From IMG/VR virus record IMGVR_UViG_2562617057_000003: a stretch of 47,732 nt of DNA; one strand, written 5' to 3'. Made by a program: the position numbers and the translations under genes. A model generated the notes under the pieces. The model was given only the letters and a program-made list of their open reading frames with translations, was not told where the DNA came from and did no database searches. Shown piece by piece: positions 38,033-46,645 of this stretch. The stretch's first letter is position 1. Every line of letters begins with the position of its first letter. The DNA comes from a virus (lineage: Duplodnaviria > Heunggongvirae > Uroviricota > Caudoviricetes).

Positions 38033-38998
38033 TTACCCCCTGAACCCCGGCGGTATTTCAGTATCCGGTTCAGAAATGTGATTCACGCAACGCTGTACAG
38101 GCGAACGCCCCAGACGAATAACCAGCTCATCCCATTTTTCGCGAAGCTTTGACGGGCTCATGACGTTTTTTACCCAGAATGGATCCCGCTGTACCCGACC
38201 AAACATTTCGCAAATTTGTCTGTGAGTTCTGCCATCCAGCATCCGCATTGTGCGCACGTCGTTGGCCCATGCGGTCCAGTTGGGTTCTTTCGGTCGCGAA
38301 ATCTCGCCATCATCGCTGGCGGCCTGCTCGTAAAGACTCACGATTCGCCCCCAGAACCACTGCGCACACGCCAAATCTTCCTGGCTGCCCCACTGGCGTT
38401 TTTTCGCACTGAACACAACCGCGCCAGGGTGTCGGGTTAAAAAATCCTGTTCAACCGTCTGCGGGTCCGGTTGCGAAGCTTCCGGACGAGAAGTCTTTTT
38501 ATTCTCTGTAGTAATCTCTGTTGTATTCTCTGTAAGATCATCAGGCCATTTTGACCCGATGACATTGGGTCGTTTTGAACCAATGGAGCGTGCCATTTTG
38601 GCCTCTTCCATCGTGTCATTTTGACCTGATGGAGCAGCGCATTTTGACCTGATGGATTCGCTCACTTTGCCACCATCTAAAAGCTCGCTCTCGTAATTAA
38701 TCGTGTAAAAATTAGTCATATCACGCTTTGATTTGTTGAGCTTTTCGCAACGCAAAAGCCCCAGCGTTTTCAGACTTGCAAATGCGCGTTTTAACGTTGA
38801 CTCTGACCAGAACGGGAACTGCTCCAGCCATTGTTCTGTTGTGTTATAAATCCAGCGAACACCATCACATTCCATGCCGGAACCGGTATCTCTCAACCAG
38901 TAATGCAACTGCTGCAACACGATGGCTTCATTCAGACCAATTTTCATCGCCAGCTGCGTGTTTATAACCAGCGGGCGTTCAGCAAAAAGGAGCTTCAT
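38033..38998 (-). CDS. Replication initiation protein (O-like / YdaU-like), contains the origin iterons
   Basis: 321 aa; N-terminal HTH-like domain; immediately upstream of the DnaC-like gene; iterons inside the coding sequence. Confidence 0.8.
   Translation of the reverse strand: MKLLFAERPLVINTQLAMKIGLNEAIVLQQLHYWLRDTGSGMECDGVRWIYNTTEQWLEQFPFWSESTLKRAFASLKTLGLLRCEKLNKSKRDMTNFYTINYESELLDGGKVSESIRSKCAAPSGQNDTMEEAKMARSIGSKRPNVIGSKWPDDLTENTTEITTENKKTSRPEASQPDPQTVEQDFLTRHPGAVVFSAKKRQWGSQEDLACAQWFWGRIVSLYEQAASDDGEISRPKEPNWTAWANDVRTMRMLDGRTHRQICEMFGRVQRDPFWVKNVMSPSKLREKWDELVIRLGRSPVQRCVNHISEPDTEIPPGFRG
38500..38700. repeat. Putative origin of replication: three ATTCTCTGT repeats (38501-38535) plus at least five CATTTTGACCTGATGGA-type iterons (38547-38680) and an AT-rich segment
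   Basis: CATTTTGACC at 38547 and CATTTTGACCTGATGGA at 38617 and 38640, with variants at 38572, 38594 and 38662. Confidence 0.65.
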
Positions 38999-39019
38999 CC
39001 CCTCCCCCAGAACACGTTA

Positions 39020-39445
39020 TCAATGCACCACCACGGCATTTCCCGCCGGACCACCACGATTCATCTGATTGAAACCAGCAATTACCACCGCGACAAGTTC
39101 ATCAGCGTCTCTCACCAATCGTTCATGCGTCTCCACCAGTTCCCGAAAATAAGCGGAACTGTGGCTGCGCATCCAGGCCACCAGCGGAGGTGGCATAGCC
39201 TTTTCGATCGCAGGTAACAACGCCTGAATTTTTTCAACCGCATCAGGAGTGTCTTTCTCCACCCAGCGGAATATTTTCTGTGTATTACGGGCCAGGGCTT
39301 CCGGATGGCTGTCGTCGTACAGTTCAGGGAACGTCATCCCCAGTTCGAAATAAGTCCGGGCTATTTCAGCTGCAGGAACTTTCTCACCATCAGGGTATGC
39401 CCAGGCATTCATCGCCATGCGGATGTGTTCATGCTTGATTTTCAT
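39020..39445 (-). CDS. YdaT-like protein (cII-position regulator)
   Basis: 141 aa starting MKIKHEHI...; RBS GGAGG 7 nt upstream; follows the cro-like gene. Confidence 0.6.
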   Translation of the reverse strand: MKIKHEHIRMAMNAWAYPDGEKVPAAEIARTYFELGMTFPELYDDSHPEALARNTQKIFRWVEKDTPDAVEKIQALLPAIEKAMPPPLVAWMRSHSSAYFRELVETHERLVRDADELVAVVIAGFNQMNRGGPAGNAVVVH

Positions 39446-39448
39446 GAA

Positions 39449-39730
39449 TCAACCTCCATCAGCCTTTTTGGTGTTAAGTTCATATTTGTGACGTGAAGGA
39501 GACGTGATTCCAGTGTATTCGGGCCATATAAGATCCCAGTCATTAGGTCTCAATTCTCGTCTTGTAACATGTCCTCCAGTTTCTGCTTCTATCATCAACG
39601 CACGAACAGGAGACACAGGTGAAGTTCCAGATGCCATTTGGGACAAGAAAGACGGAGACACACCAAGATTGGTCGCAAATTTTTTTGCTTCTCCAGTTTT
39701 TAATGATTTGATGAATTCCTTTAGCGTCAT
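39449..39730 (-). CDS. Cro-like / YdaS-like HTH regulator
   Basis: 93 aa, HTH KFATNLGVSPSFLSQMASGT; first gene of the rightward operon, divergent from the repressor. Confidence 0.72.
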   Translation of the reverse strand: MTLKEFIKSLKTGEAKKFATNLGVSPSFLSQMASGTSPVSPVRALMIEAETGGHVTRRELRPNDWDLIWPEYTGITSPSRHKYELNTKKADGG

Positions 39731-39765
39731 AATTTTTATCTCAGCACATTTAGAACAAGTAAAAG

Positions 39766-39826
39766 TTTATACGCAACTAAATAAACCAGTCAAGTATTTG
39801 CTTGTTTTGCGATTACTAAAGATAAT
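39766..39826. promoter_or_regulatory. Back-to-back divergent promoters: cro-type (minus) and repressor-type (plus, leaderless)
   Basis: Minus: TTGACT (39793-39788) - 16 nt - TATAAA (39771-39766). Plus: TTGCTT (39798-39803) - 17 nt - GATAAT (39821-39826), predicted start about 39833 = A of the repressor ATG. Confidence 0.55.
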
Positions 39827-39832
39827 GCATGT

Positions 39833-40204
39833 ATGGAAACAAAAGAGATTCGGCGTTTACGCCTCAAAGAGTGGTTCAAAGACAGGACTTTGCCGCCTAA
39901 AGAGAAAAGTTACTTATCTCAGTTAATGAGTGGTAAAGCTACGTTTGGCGAAAAGGCAGCTAGACGTATTGAGCAAACATATGGGATGCCTGGGGGGTAT
40001 CTTGATATGGAACCTGAAGATACAACAGAATCTCCGTCATCAAGATCTATGGCATTAACTCCTAACCAATTGGAATTGTTGCAAATATTTAGTGCTTTTC
40101 CTGACGCTGAGCAGCAGGAAATCATAAAAGAGCTAAGAAACAAAAAAGAGGCAATGGAAGATCTTGTTGCACGTTGGTTGGCGCGGCAAGGTCGCCGAGC
40201 CTGA
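39833..40204 (+). CDS. DicA-like prophage repressor (HTH_XRE)
   Basis: 123 aa; METKEIRRLRLKEW... HTH, and C-terminal TPNQLELLQIFSAFPDAEQQ as in E. coli DicA. Confidence 0.72.
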   Translation: METKEIRRLRLKEWFKDRTLPPKEKSYLSQLMSGKATFGEKAARRIEQTYGMPGGYLDMEPEDTTESPSSRSMALTPNQLELLQIFSAFPDAEQQEIIKELRNKKEAMEDLVARWLARQGRRA

Positions 40205-40234
40205 CGTGATACTTACTAAAACAAGAGATATCAG

Positions 40235-40696
40235 ATGGGCGTACTCGAAATCAGTGCTCTTAGAATTAAGATGCTTCTATTGGCAAAAGGCTGGAGCCAA
40301 GCAGAACTTGCGCGCAGAATTGGTATTGCTCAACAATCCGTCCAAAGGTGGGTTTGTGGCATCTCAAGCCCTACAGCAGCCAACCTAGATAAACTATCTG
40401 ATGTGACTGGATTTCCTCAGTATTGGTTTTTCTTACCATTAAATGAAGAAAATAAGGACAGGGCACAGGATATATTAAAAATAACCCCTACGCAAAAGGA
40501 ACTACTTCAAACATTTGAGGCATTTCCAGAGGAAGAGCAACAGCAAATGCTTAAAGATATGAAGGAGAAAAAAGAGACAATGGATCGTATAGTTGCAAAG
40601 TGGCTAGCAGCACAACAAAAAGTTCCTAGGCAGGATTACCAGTACTTACAAGACGAGGTTCACCATGAACACGGCCCTTTCACCAATGGTTTCTGA
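40235..40696 (+). CDS. paaR: Second DicA-like HTH regulator (PaaR-like regulator of the adjacent toxin-antitoxin pair)
   Basis: 153 aa; HTH IKMLLLAKGWSQAELARRIGIAQQSVQRW; C-terminal domain paralogous to the upstream repressor; 3' end overlaps the antitoxin gene. Confidence 0.65.
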   Translation: MGVLEISALRIKMLLLAKGWSQAELARRIGIAQQSVQRWVCGISSPTAANLDKLSDVTGFPQYWFFLPLNEENKDRAQDILKITPTQKELLQTFEAFPEEEQQQMLKDMKEKKETMDRIVAKWLAAQQKVPRQDYQYLQDEVHHEHGPFTNGF

Positions 40697-40856
40697 ATTT
40701 GAAACCGTCGAGCAAGAAAATAGTTATAACGAATGGCTGCGTGCAAAAGTGGCCGCAAGCCTTGCTGATCCACGTCCAGCCATTCCCCATGACGAAGTTG
40801 AACGCAGAATGGCTGAACGCTTTGCTAACATGCGCAAGGAACGGAGCAAACAGTAA
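40665..40856 (+). CDS. paaA: PaaA-type antitoxin (ParE-associated antitoxin)
   Basis: 63 aa MNTALSPMVSEFETVEQENSYNEWLRAKVAASLADPRPAIPHDEVERRMAERFANMRKERSKQ; stop abuts the toxin ATG (TAAATG). Confidence 0.72.
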   Translation: MNTALSPMVSEFETVEQENSYNEWLRAKVAASLADPRPAIPHDEVERRMAERFANMRKERSKQ

Positions 40857-41144
40857 ATGTTACCGGTTTTATGGCTCGAAAGCGCAGATGCCGACCTAGA
40901 TAATATAACCAGCTATATTGCACGTTTTGACATAGATGCGGCAGAACGTTTGTGGAAACGCTTAAGGACTTGCGTCCTGCCATTATCTGAACATCCGTAT
41001 TTATACCCGCCAAGCGACAGAGTGCCTGGTTTGCGTGAAATTGTAGCTCACCCCAATTACATCATTCTGTACCGCGTGACAATTTCAGGCATTGAAATTG
41101 TTAACGTAGTTCACGCCCGCCGACAGTTCCCTGTAACACCTTAA
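40857..41144 (+). CDS. parE: ParE/RelE-family toxin
   Basis: 95 aa MLPVLWLESADADLDNITSYIARFDIDAAERLWKRL...IEIVNVVHARRQFP, ParE-like. Confidence 0.82.
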   Translation: MLPVLWLESADADLDNITSYIARFDIDAAERLWKRLRTCVLPLSEHPYLYPPSDRVPGLREIVAHPNYIILYRVTISGIEIVNVVHARRQFPVTP

Positions 41145-41151
41145 TCCCCCT

Positions 41152-41177
41152 AAGCCCCTCTCAAGAGGGGTTATTCC
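41152..41177 (+). terminator. Hairpin terminator after parE
   Basis: CCCCTC-TCAA-GAGGGG hairpin followed by TTATT. Confidence 0.45.
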
Positions 41178-41407
41178 TGCCAAAGAGTTAAGTTAAATAT
41201 TGACTGTTTAGTTTATTTTTGCATAAACTAGTTTTACCAACCCACTCCGCCCCACAGAACGCAGGGCAATACTTCGAGTTACCAGGCAGTGGTCAGGGGT
41301 TAAGTAGCCAGCCCGAGGCGTAAGAACATGACGGCAGGGTTCAATCTTTAACTATGCAGCAGGTTTTTTGTTCCGCCACCCCGGCGTTAAGGGGAAATGA
41401 GGTCAGC

Positions 41408-41560
41408 ATGGATACTATCGATCTTGGCAACAACGAATCTCTGGTGTGCGGCGTGTTCCCTAACCAGGATGGAACGTTTACCGCCATGACGTATACCAAA
41501 AGCAAAACGTTTAAAACCGAATCTGGCGCGCGTTGCTGGTTAGCCAGAAACACTGACTGA
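41408..41560 (+). CDS. Hypothetical 50-aa early-left protein
   Basis: ATG 41408 with RBS GAGG 5 nt upstream; promoter-like TTGACT-18-TAAACT at about 41210-41240. Confidence 0.4.
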   Translation: MDTIDLGNNESLVCGVFPNQDGTFTAMTYTKSKTFKTESGARCWLARNTD

Positions 41561-41571
41561 TGAGGCTGACG

Positions 41572-41937
41572 ATGGAATTTAAAGATTTACCGTCTGATGT
41601 ACAGAAAACAGCAGCTCATACATTGCATTCTGTGCTGCGAGAAATCGGGAAAGATATTGCAAGCGAGCCAGCAAAAGATCTGGCCCGGAAAATCAAGACC
41701 GCTTTCGTTGAGCTTTATAATGTTGGCACTGACTCTGAAACTGTCGAGACCAAGACCGTAAGTTCACCAATATTCTCACTTGAGCCAAGCGTATTATCAG
41801 GTGAAATATGCACCGAGATTTCCAGCGAACTGCTTCCGGTAATACGAGAAGCAATTCGCCGTCGCGGTTTGGATGGAAGTTATGATCATGACGTTCTGCA
41901 AGTTCTCAGGACAATGGTGACTTCACTGGGGATTTGA
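41572..41937 (+). CDS. Hypothetical 121-aa early-left protein
   Basis: ATG 41572 with RBS GAGG; alternative ATG 41560 overlaps the upstream stop. Confidence 0.5.
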   Translation: MEFKDLPSDVQKTAAHTLHSVLREIGKDIASEPAKDLARKIKTAFVELYNVGTDSETVETKTVSSPIFSLEPSVLSGEICTEISSELLPVIREAIRRRGLDGSYDHDVLQVLRTMVTSLGI

Positions 41938-42106
41938 TCCCTGCGTCCTCTAAGCTTTTGATATAGCGGTCCTCCAAGAAGCGGTAAATTTTGTCGAAAT
42001 CATCTTTTCCCTCTGGTTTATTCAGAGGATTACAGGACCCGTAAGTAGCGGCATACATTTCAACCGTTTTATCAAAAATATAAGAGACAAATTCTTCTTT
42101 AGTCAT
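41906..42106 (-). CDS. Hypothetical 66-aa protein, convergent with and overlapping the preceding gene
   Basis: ATG 42106 with RBS AAGGA 7 nt upstream; MTKEEFVSYIFDKTVEMYAATYGSCNPLNKPEGKDDFDKIYRFLEDRYIKSLEDAGIK. Confidence 0.35.
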   Translation of the reverse strand: MTKEEFVSYIFDKTVEMYAATYGSCNPLNKPEGKDDFDKIYRFLEDRYIKSLEDAGIKSPVKSPLS

Positions 42107-42306
42107 ATAGATTTCCTTCTTGGTTATTCGGGATAAGAAGGATACCACCTCGCCTGACGTGGTTAAAAGCAGGCACACAACGCGAAATGACGCGGCGGTA
42201 AGTATGGCGGAGTTATTCCTTCCCCGTTGAGGACACCGGGTTGTCAGGTTGACCATACGCTTAAGTGACAACCACGCCACAACACTCCATGTTGATTGGT
42301 ACCTTT

Positions 42307-42348
42307 GGCGGCATCAGTTTCATTGCTGGCTGATGTCCGCCCTTTTTA
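42307..42348 (+). terminator. Strong intrinsic terminator (tL-like)
   Basis: GGCGGCATCAG - 12-nt loop - CTGATGtCCGCC followed by CTTTTTAAA. Confidence 0.65.
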
Positions 42349-42834
42349 AAGTGAATTTTGTGATGCGGTGAATGCGGCTCAGCGCACGCGGCACAGTTAA
42401 AAAGCGATTAGTTCCCCCGTATCGGGTGGTTATGGGTTTCCCTGTATCCGGCGTTAATTGTTAACTGGTTAACGTCACCTGGAGGCACCAGGCACCGCAT
42501 CAACAAAGTTCACTTCGGTGATGAAAGGAAAGAGAAAATGTTGAATGTAGCTATTGAAAACCAGAACGGGTGGAATTATAGTGCACCTGCACCTTATAAA
42601 ACGGGTGCCGGGCGTGGAAACCCGAACGTTACTCGAGCGCATAGCCGCGCTGAAGCGGTTTTTTTATGCGTAATGCACAGCTCCATTCAAATTATGGTGG
42701 GATGTGCAGGGCAGTCGCAAGACTGGCCGGGTTCTCGAGTGACCGGTATTTCCACCCCTGTACGTCTCACCACCCTTATGGTCGTGGAAAACCTCGGTGG
42801 TGAGTTAATTAACTTATCACTCGAGGATGCCATC

Positions 42835-43392
42835 ATGGCTACTATCCCTGCCCTTTCTCACCCTGACGTAACCATCGAAAATGGTCGCGCTGTCACTACG
42901 TCTATTGCGATCGCAGAGTTCTTTGGCAAGCGTCACGACAATGTGTTACGTGCCATCGCAAATACTGAATGCTCACCTGAATTTAACGCCCTCAATTTTG
43001 AGGACGTCACCTACACTGACGCCAAAGGCGAAAAACGCCCGATGTACCAAATCACCAAAAACGGCTTCGTTTTCCTGGTGATGGGATTCACTGGCAAAAA
43101 AGCCGCTGCATTTAAAGAAGCCTACATTGCTGAGTTCGATCGCATGGAGGCCGAACTGCGCCAGAATAACACCCCACCTGCTGACAAGATGATTCCGGGT
43201 GATGGTCGCACTCTGGTTGTTCACTTCGACAAATTCGGCAATGTCGAATTCACCGAAACCGTTCCTGATGGCGCACTGGTCTGTACCCTGGAGACTTTCC
43301 GGTTTTATCTGGAAAAACAGGGATGGACTCTTGTTAACCGGGGCGCAATTAAAAATATGACTGTGGAACAATTACTCAAAATTCATTGTTGA
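42835..43392 (+). CDS. Rha-family antirepressor (Ant)
   Basis: 185 aa from ATG 42835 (RBS GAGGA); N-terminal Rha-type ...AVTTSIAIAEFFGKRHDNVLRAIA...; C-terminal Ant-type domain shared with 31592-32152; the ORF-track upstream extension is probably non-coding leader. Confidence 0.8.
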   Translation: MATIPALSHPDVTIENGRAVTTSIAIAEFFGKRHDNVLRAIANTECSPEFNALNFEDVTYTDAKGEKRPMYQITKNGFVFLVMGFTGKKAAAFKEAYIAEFDRMEAELRQNNTPPADKMIPGDGRTLVVHFDKFGNVEFTETVPDGALVCTLETFRFYLEKQGWTLVNRGAIKNMTVEQLLKIHC

Positions 43393-43402
43393 GGACGCAA
43401 TA

Positions 43403-43591
43403 ATGGAGACGTTATTACCAAACGTTAATACGTCTGAAGGTTGTTTTGAAATTGGTGTCACTATCAGTAACCCTGTATTTACTGAAGATGCCATTAACAA
43501 GAGAAAACACGAACGGGAGCTATTAAATAAAATATGCATTGTTTCAATGCTGGCTCGTTTACGTCTGATGCCAAAAGGATGTGCACAATGA
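43403..43591 (+). CDS. Hypothetical 62-aa protein
   Basis: ATG with RBS GAGGA 7 nt upstream; stop overlaps the next ATG (ATGA). Confidence 0.45.
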   Translation: METLLPNVNTSEGCFEIGVTISNPVFTEDAINKRKHERELLNKICIVSMLARLRLMPKGCAQ

Positions 43592-43779
43592 ATACAGTAT
43601 TTGCACTCGTTCTGACGGTTTTTCTTGTTTCCGGTGAACCGGTTGACATGGTTACTGGCGTATACAGCTCAATGAAAGAATGTAGGACTGCCGCAGCGAA
43701 ACAGAAAATTCCCGGTGACTGTTATCCGGTCGATAAAGTTATTCACCAGGATAATATCGAAATCCCGGCAGGTCTTTAA
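43588..43779 (+). CDS. Small predicted secreted protein (63 aa with N-terminal signal peptide)
   Basis: ATG 43588 with RBS AAGGA 8 nt upstream; MNTVFALVLTVFLVSGEPVDM... signal-like N-terminus, two Cys. Confidence 0.45.
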   Translation: MNTVFALVLTVFLVSGEPVDMVTGVYSSMKECRTAAAKQKIPGDCYPVDKVIHQDNIEIPAGL

Positions 43780-43872
43780 AACAGTTCCGTAATAAATATC
43801 CGGTTTCATTCTTATATGCCAGCAATGGCAGGGATTTGTTCACCCTTAAATCTGTGATGAGGTTTATCAATA

Positions 43873-46314
43873 ATGAGCACTGATAAAGAAGAATTTGCAC
43901 TATATTGCGAAGCAAAAAATGACAAAGTAAGAAAACGCCTGGGAATTAAAGGTGGTTTTTACTGGACTACAGCAAAAAAATTATCTGTTGCAATCTCCCG
44001 CTGCATTACCGCAATGGATGACAACGATTATGATGAAGACGACTTTAAAAAACCCGTCCGCGTCAATTTGCCCGTTGTTGACGACCTTCCGCCAGAAGGC
44101 GTGTTTGATACTGAATTCTGCAACCGCTATGAAAAAGGCGGGAAAGATGGCATCACAATGACATTTATCGGCCCTTCCCCCTCTGTTCAGGACAAACCAG
44201 CCAGCACTGACAATACCAACATCAACGGCGAAGACATGACTGAGATTGAGGAGAGCATGCTTCTGCCTGTCTCCGGTCAGGAACTGCCCATTCGTTGGCT
44301 TGCTCAACACGGCAGCGAAAAACCAGTAACGCACGTTTCACGCGACGAACTCCAGGCATTACACATTGCATGGGCTGAAGAACTACCGGCTGTTACTGCC
44401 CTGGCTATTTCGCATAAAACCAGTCTGCTCGACTCGCTGGAGATTCGCGACCTCCACAAACTGGTTCGTGACACTGACAAAATTTTCCCTAATCCTGGTA
44501 ATTCAGACCTGGGACTAATAACTGCTTTTTTCGAAGCATACCTGGACGCTGACTACACTGATCGGGGTCTGCTGACAAAAGAGTGGATGAAAGGAAATCG
44601 TGTTTCACGCATCACCCGCACGGCTTCCGGTGCTAATGCTGGCGGTGGGAACAAAACCGATCGCAATCCGAATTTAGTACACACCCTCGACACACTGGAT
44701 GTGGAGATTGCAGCAGCCACACTTCCGATGGATTTTAATATTTATGAAATTCCGGGCAGCGTTTATCGTCGCGCAAAAGAAGTAGTTCTGAACAAAGAAA
44801 GTCCGTTCAAAGAATGGTCCGCAGCACTTCGTGCAACCCCGGGTATTCTGGACTATTCCCGCGCCGCTATTTTTGCACTTATCCGAAGCGCACACCCTGA
44901 ATTTTATCACTACCCGGGACGCCTTCAGGGGTATATCAACGCCTATTTGACGGAAACTGATCACGAGAACCCCAGCAAGGAAACTCTCACAGCTGCCCGG
45001 CATACGCCGGAAAAAGATATCCTGGAAGAAATTAACCGCGAGGTGGTTACTGAGCGTGAAACAGAAGAAGAAAAACCACAACCATCTGACGCAATGGCAG
45101 GTGAACAGGCAACAACTGAAACAATGGAACCGGATACAACTGAACATGGCCAGAACGCGCAGTCGCTGGATGCTCAGTCGCAGGTGAGTTCCGCTAACCA
45201 AGTAAAAGTCACCGCTGACGAAGTAAACAAAATTATGCAGGCAGCCAATATCAGCCAGCCTGACGCCGATAAGTTACTTGCTGTATCGCGTGGTGAATTT
45301 GTTGAGGGGATTAGCGACCCGAATGATCCGAAATGGGTCAAAGGGATCCAGACTCGCGATTCTGTGAACCAGAACCAGCATGAATCGGAACGGAACGACC
45401 AAAAAGCGGAACAAAACAGCCCAAATGCGTTACAAAACGAGCCAGAAACGAAACAATCCGAACCAGTGGCGCAACAGGAAGTGGAAAAAGTCTGCACCGC
45501 CTGCGGTCAGAGCGGTGGCGGCAACTGCCCTGATTGTGGTGCGGTGATGGGTGACGCAACATGCCTGGAAATATTCGATGGAGAGAATCAGCCTGAAGTT
45601 CAGGAAGATGATCCGGAGGAAATGGAAGGCGCTGAACATCCACACAAGGAGAACACTGGCGGCAATCAGCATCACGATAGCGATAATGAAACTGGCGAGA
45701 CGGCAGATCACTCAATTAAGGTGAACGGTCATCAAGAAATCACATCCACCAGCAGGACGTGTGACCATCTAATGATCGACCTTGAAACCATGGGAAAAAA
45801 TCCTGATGCCCCGATCATCTCAATAGGTGCAATATTTTTCGATCCGCAAACCGGAGATATGGGACCGGAATTTAGTAAGACTATCGATCTGGAAACTGCT
45901 GGCGGAGTCATTGATCGGGACACCATTAAATGGTGGCTTAAGCAATCACGCGAAGCGCAATCTGCCATTATGACCGATGAAATCCCGTTAGATGATGCAC
46001 TGTTACAATTGCAGGAATTTATCGACGAAAACTCCGGTGAATTTTTTGTTCAGGTCTGGGGAAATGGAGCCAACTTCGACAACACGATTTTGCGCCGTTC
46101 ATACGAACGGCAGGGGATCCCCTGCCCGTGGCGTTACTACAACGATCGCGATGTACGCACAATCGTTGAGCTGGGGAAAGCCATAGACTTCGATGCCAGA
46201 ACGGCTATTCCATTCGAAGGTGAGCGCCATAATGCACTTGATGACGCCCGTTACCAGGCAAAATACGTTTCAGTTATCTGGCAAAAACTGATCCCGAGTC
46301 AGGCTGATTTTTAA
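43873..46314 (+). CDS. Large exonuclease: RecE-like N-terminal region, acidic linker with zinc ribbon, C-terminal DnaQ-like (DEDDh) 3'-5' exonuclease domain
   Basis: 813 aa; C-terminal motifs LMIDLETMG (Exo I), WGNGANFD (Exo II), [11 protein letters not shown] (Exo III); [16 protein letters not shown] zinc ribbon; N-terminal segment resembles what I recall of RecE. Confidence 0.75.
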   Translation: MSTDKEEFALYCEAKNDKVRKRLGIKGGFYWTTAKKLSVAISRCITAMDDNDYDEDDFKKPVRVNLPVVDDLPPEGVFDTEFCNRYEKGGKDGITMTFIGPSPSVQDKPASTDNTNINGEDMTEIEESMLLPVSGQELPIRWLAQHGSEKPVTHVSRDELQALHIAWAEELPAVTALAISHKTSLLDSLEIRDLHKLVRDTDKIFPNPGNSDLGLITAFFEAYLDADYTDRGLLTKEWMKGNRVSRITRTASGANAGGGNKTDRNPNLVHTLDTLDVEIAAATLPMDFNIYEIPGSVYRRAKEVVLNKESPFKEWSAALRATPGILDYSRAAIFALIRSAHPEFYHYPGRLQGYINAYLTETDHENPSKETLTAARHTPEKDILEEINREVVTERETEEEKPQPSDAMAGEQATTETMEPDTTEHGQNAQSLDAQSQVSSANQVKVTADEVNKIMQAANISQPDADKLLAVSRGEFVEGISDPNDPKWVKGIQTRDSVNQNQHESERNDQKAEQNSPNALQNEPETKQSEPVAQQEVEKVCTACGQSGGGNCPDCGAVMGDATCLEIFDGENQPEVQEDDPEEMEGAEHPHKENTGGNQHHDSDNETGETADHSIKVNGHQEITSTSRTCDHLMIDLETMGKNPDAPIISIGAIFFDPQTGDMGPEFSKTIDLETAGGVIDRDTIKWWLKQSREAQSAIMTDEIPLDDALLQLQEFIDENSGEFFVQVWGNGANFDNTILRRSYERQGIPCPWRYYNDRDVRTIVELGKAIDFDARTAIPFEGERHNALDDARYQAKYVSVIWQKLIPSQADF

Positions 46315-46375
46315 TGTTCAACCGTCGCCAGTTGTCGTTGATATTCTGCAACTGGCGCGTTCCGGAGTGATAGCC

Positions 46376-46645
46376 ATGAGCGAACAGTACCTGATAACGC
46401 TCGACGAGTGGAAACCAAAACGGTTCAGTCTCCCAATAACAAACACTACCCTGGTGAAATACGGAAAACTAGGATACATCGTTCCAAGGCCACAAAAAAT
46501 TCGTGGGCGTTGGCTGATAGATCGCCGGGCAGTATTTGTTGGGCCTGGTGAAACGGGAATTGCGCCGGAAATTCATACTGGCGATGATGATGCACTGAAG
46601 GAGATTTTAACTCATGTCACCGAGGCCACGAAAAAACAGCACTGA
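46376..46645 (+). CDS. xis: Excisionase-like protein
   Basis: About 89 aa MSEQYLITLDEWKPKRFSLPITNTTLVKYGKLGYIVPRPQKIRGRWLIDRRAV...; immediately upstream of and overlapping int; RBS GGAG. Confidence 0.65.
   Translation: MSEQYLITLDEWKPKRFSLPITNTTLVKYGKLGYIVPRPQKIRGRWLIDRRAVFVGPGETGIAPEIHTGDDDALKEILTHVTEATKKQH

Noticed and set aside
42538-42834. 99-codon N-terminal extension of the antirepressor ORF
   Set aside because: The extension contains terminator-like hairpins and has no Rha-domain similarity; the internal ATG at 42835 has a good RBS and starts the conserved domain.
43873-46314. Calling the 813-aa protein RecE (exonuclease VIII) with a gene symbol
   Set aside because: The C-terminal catalytic domain shows DEDDh motifs rather than the RecE nuclease fold, and no RecT partner is present, so only a descriptive call is given.
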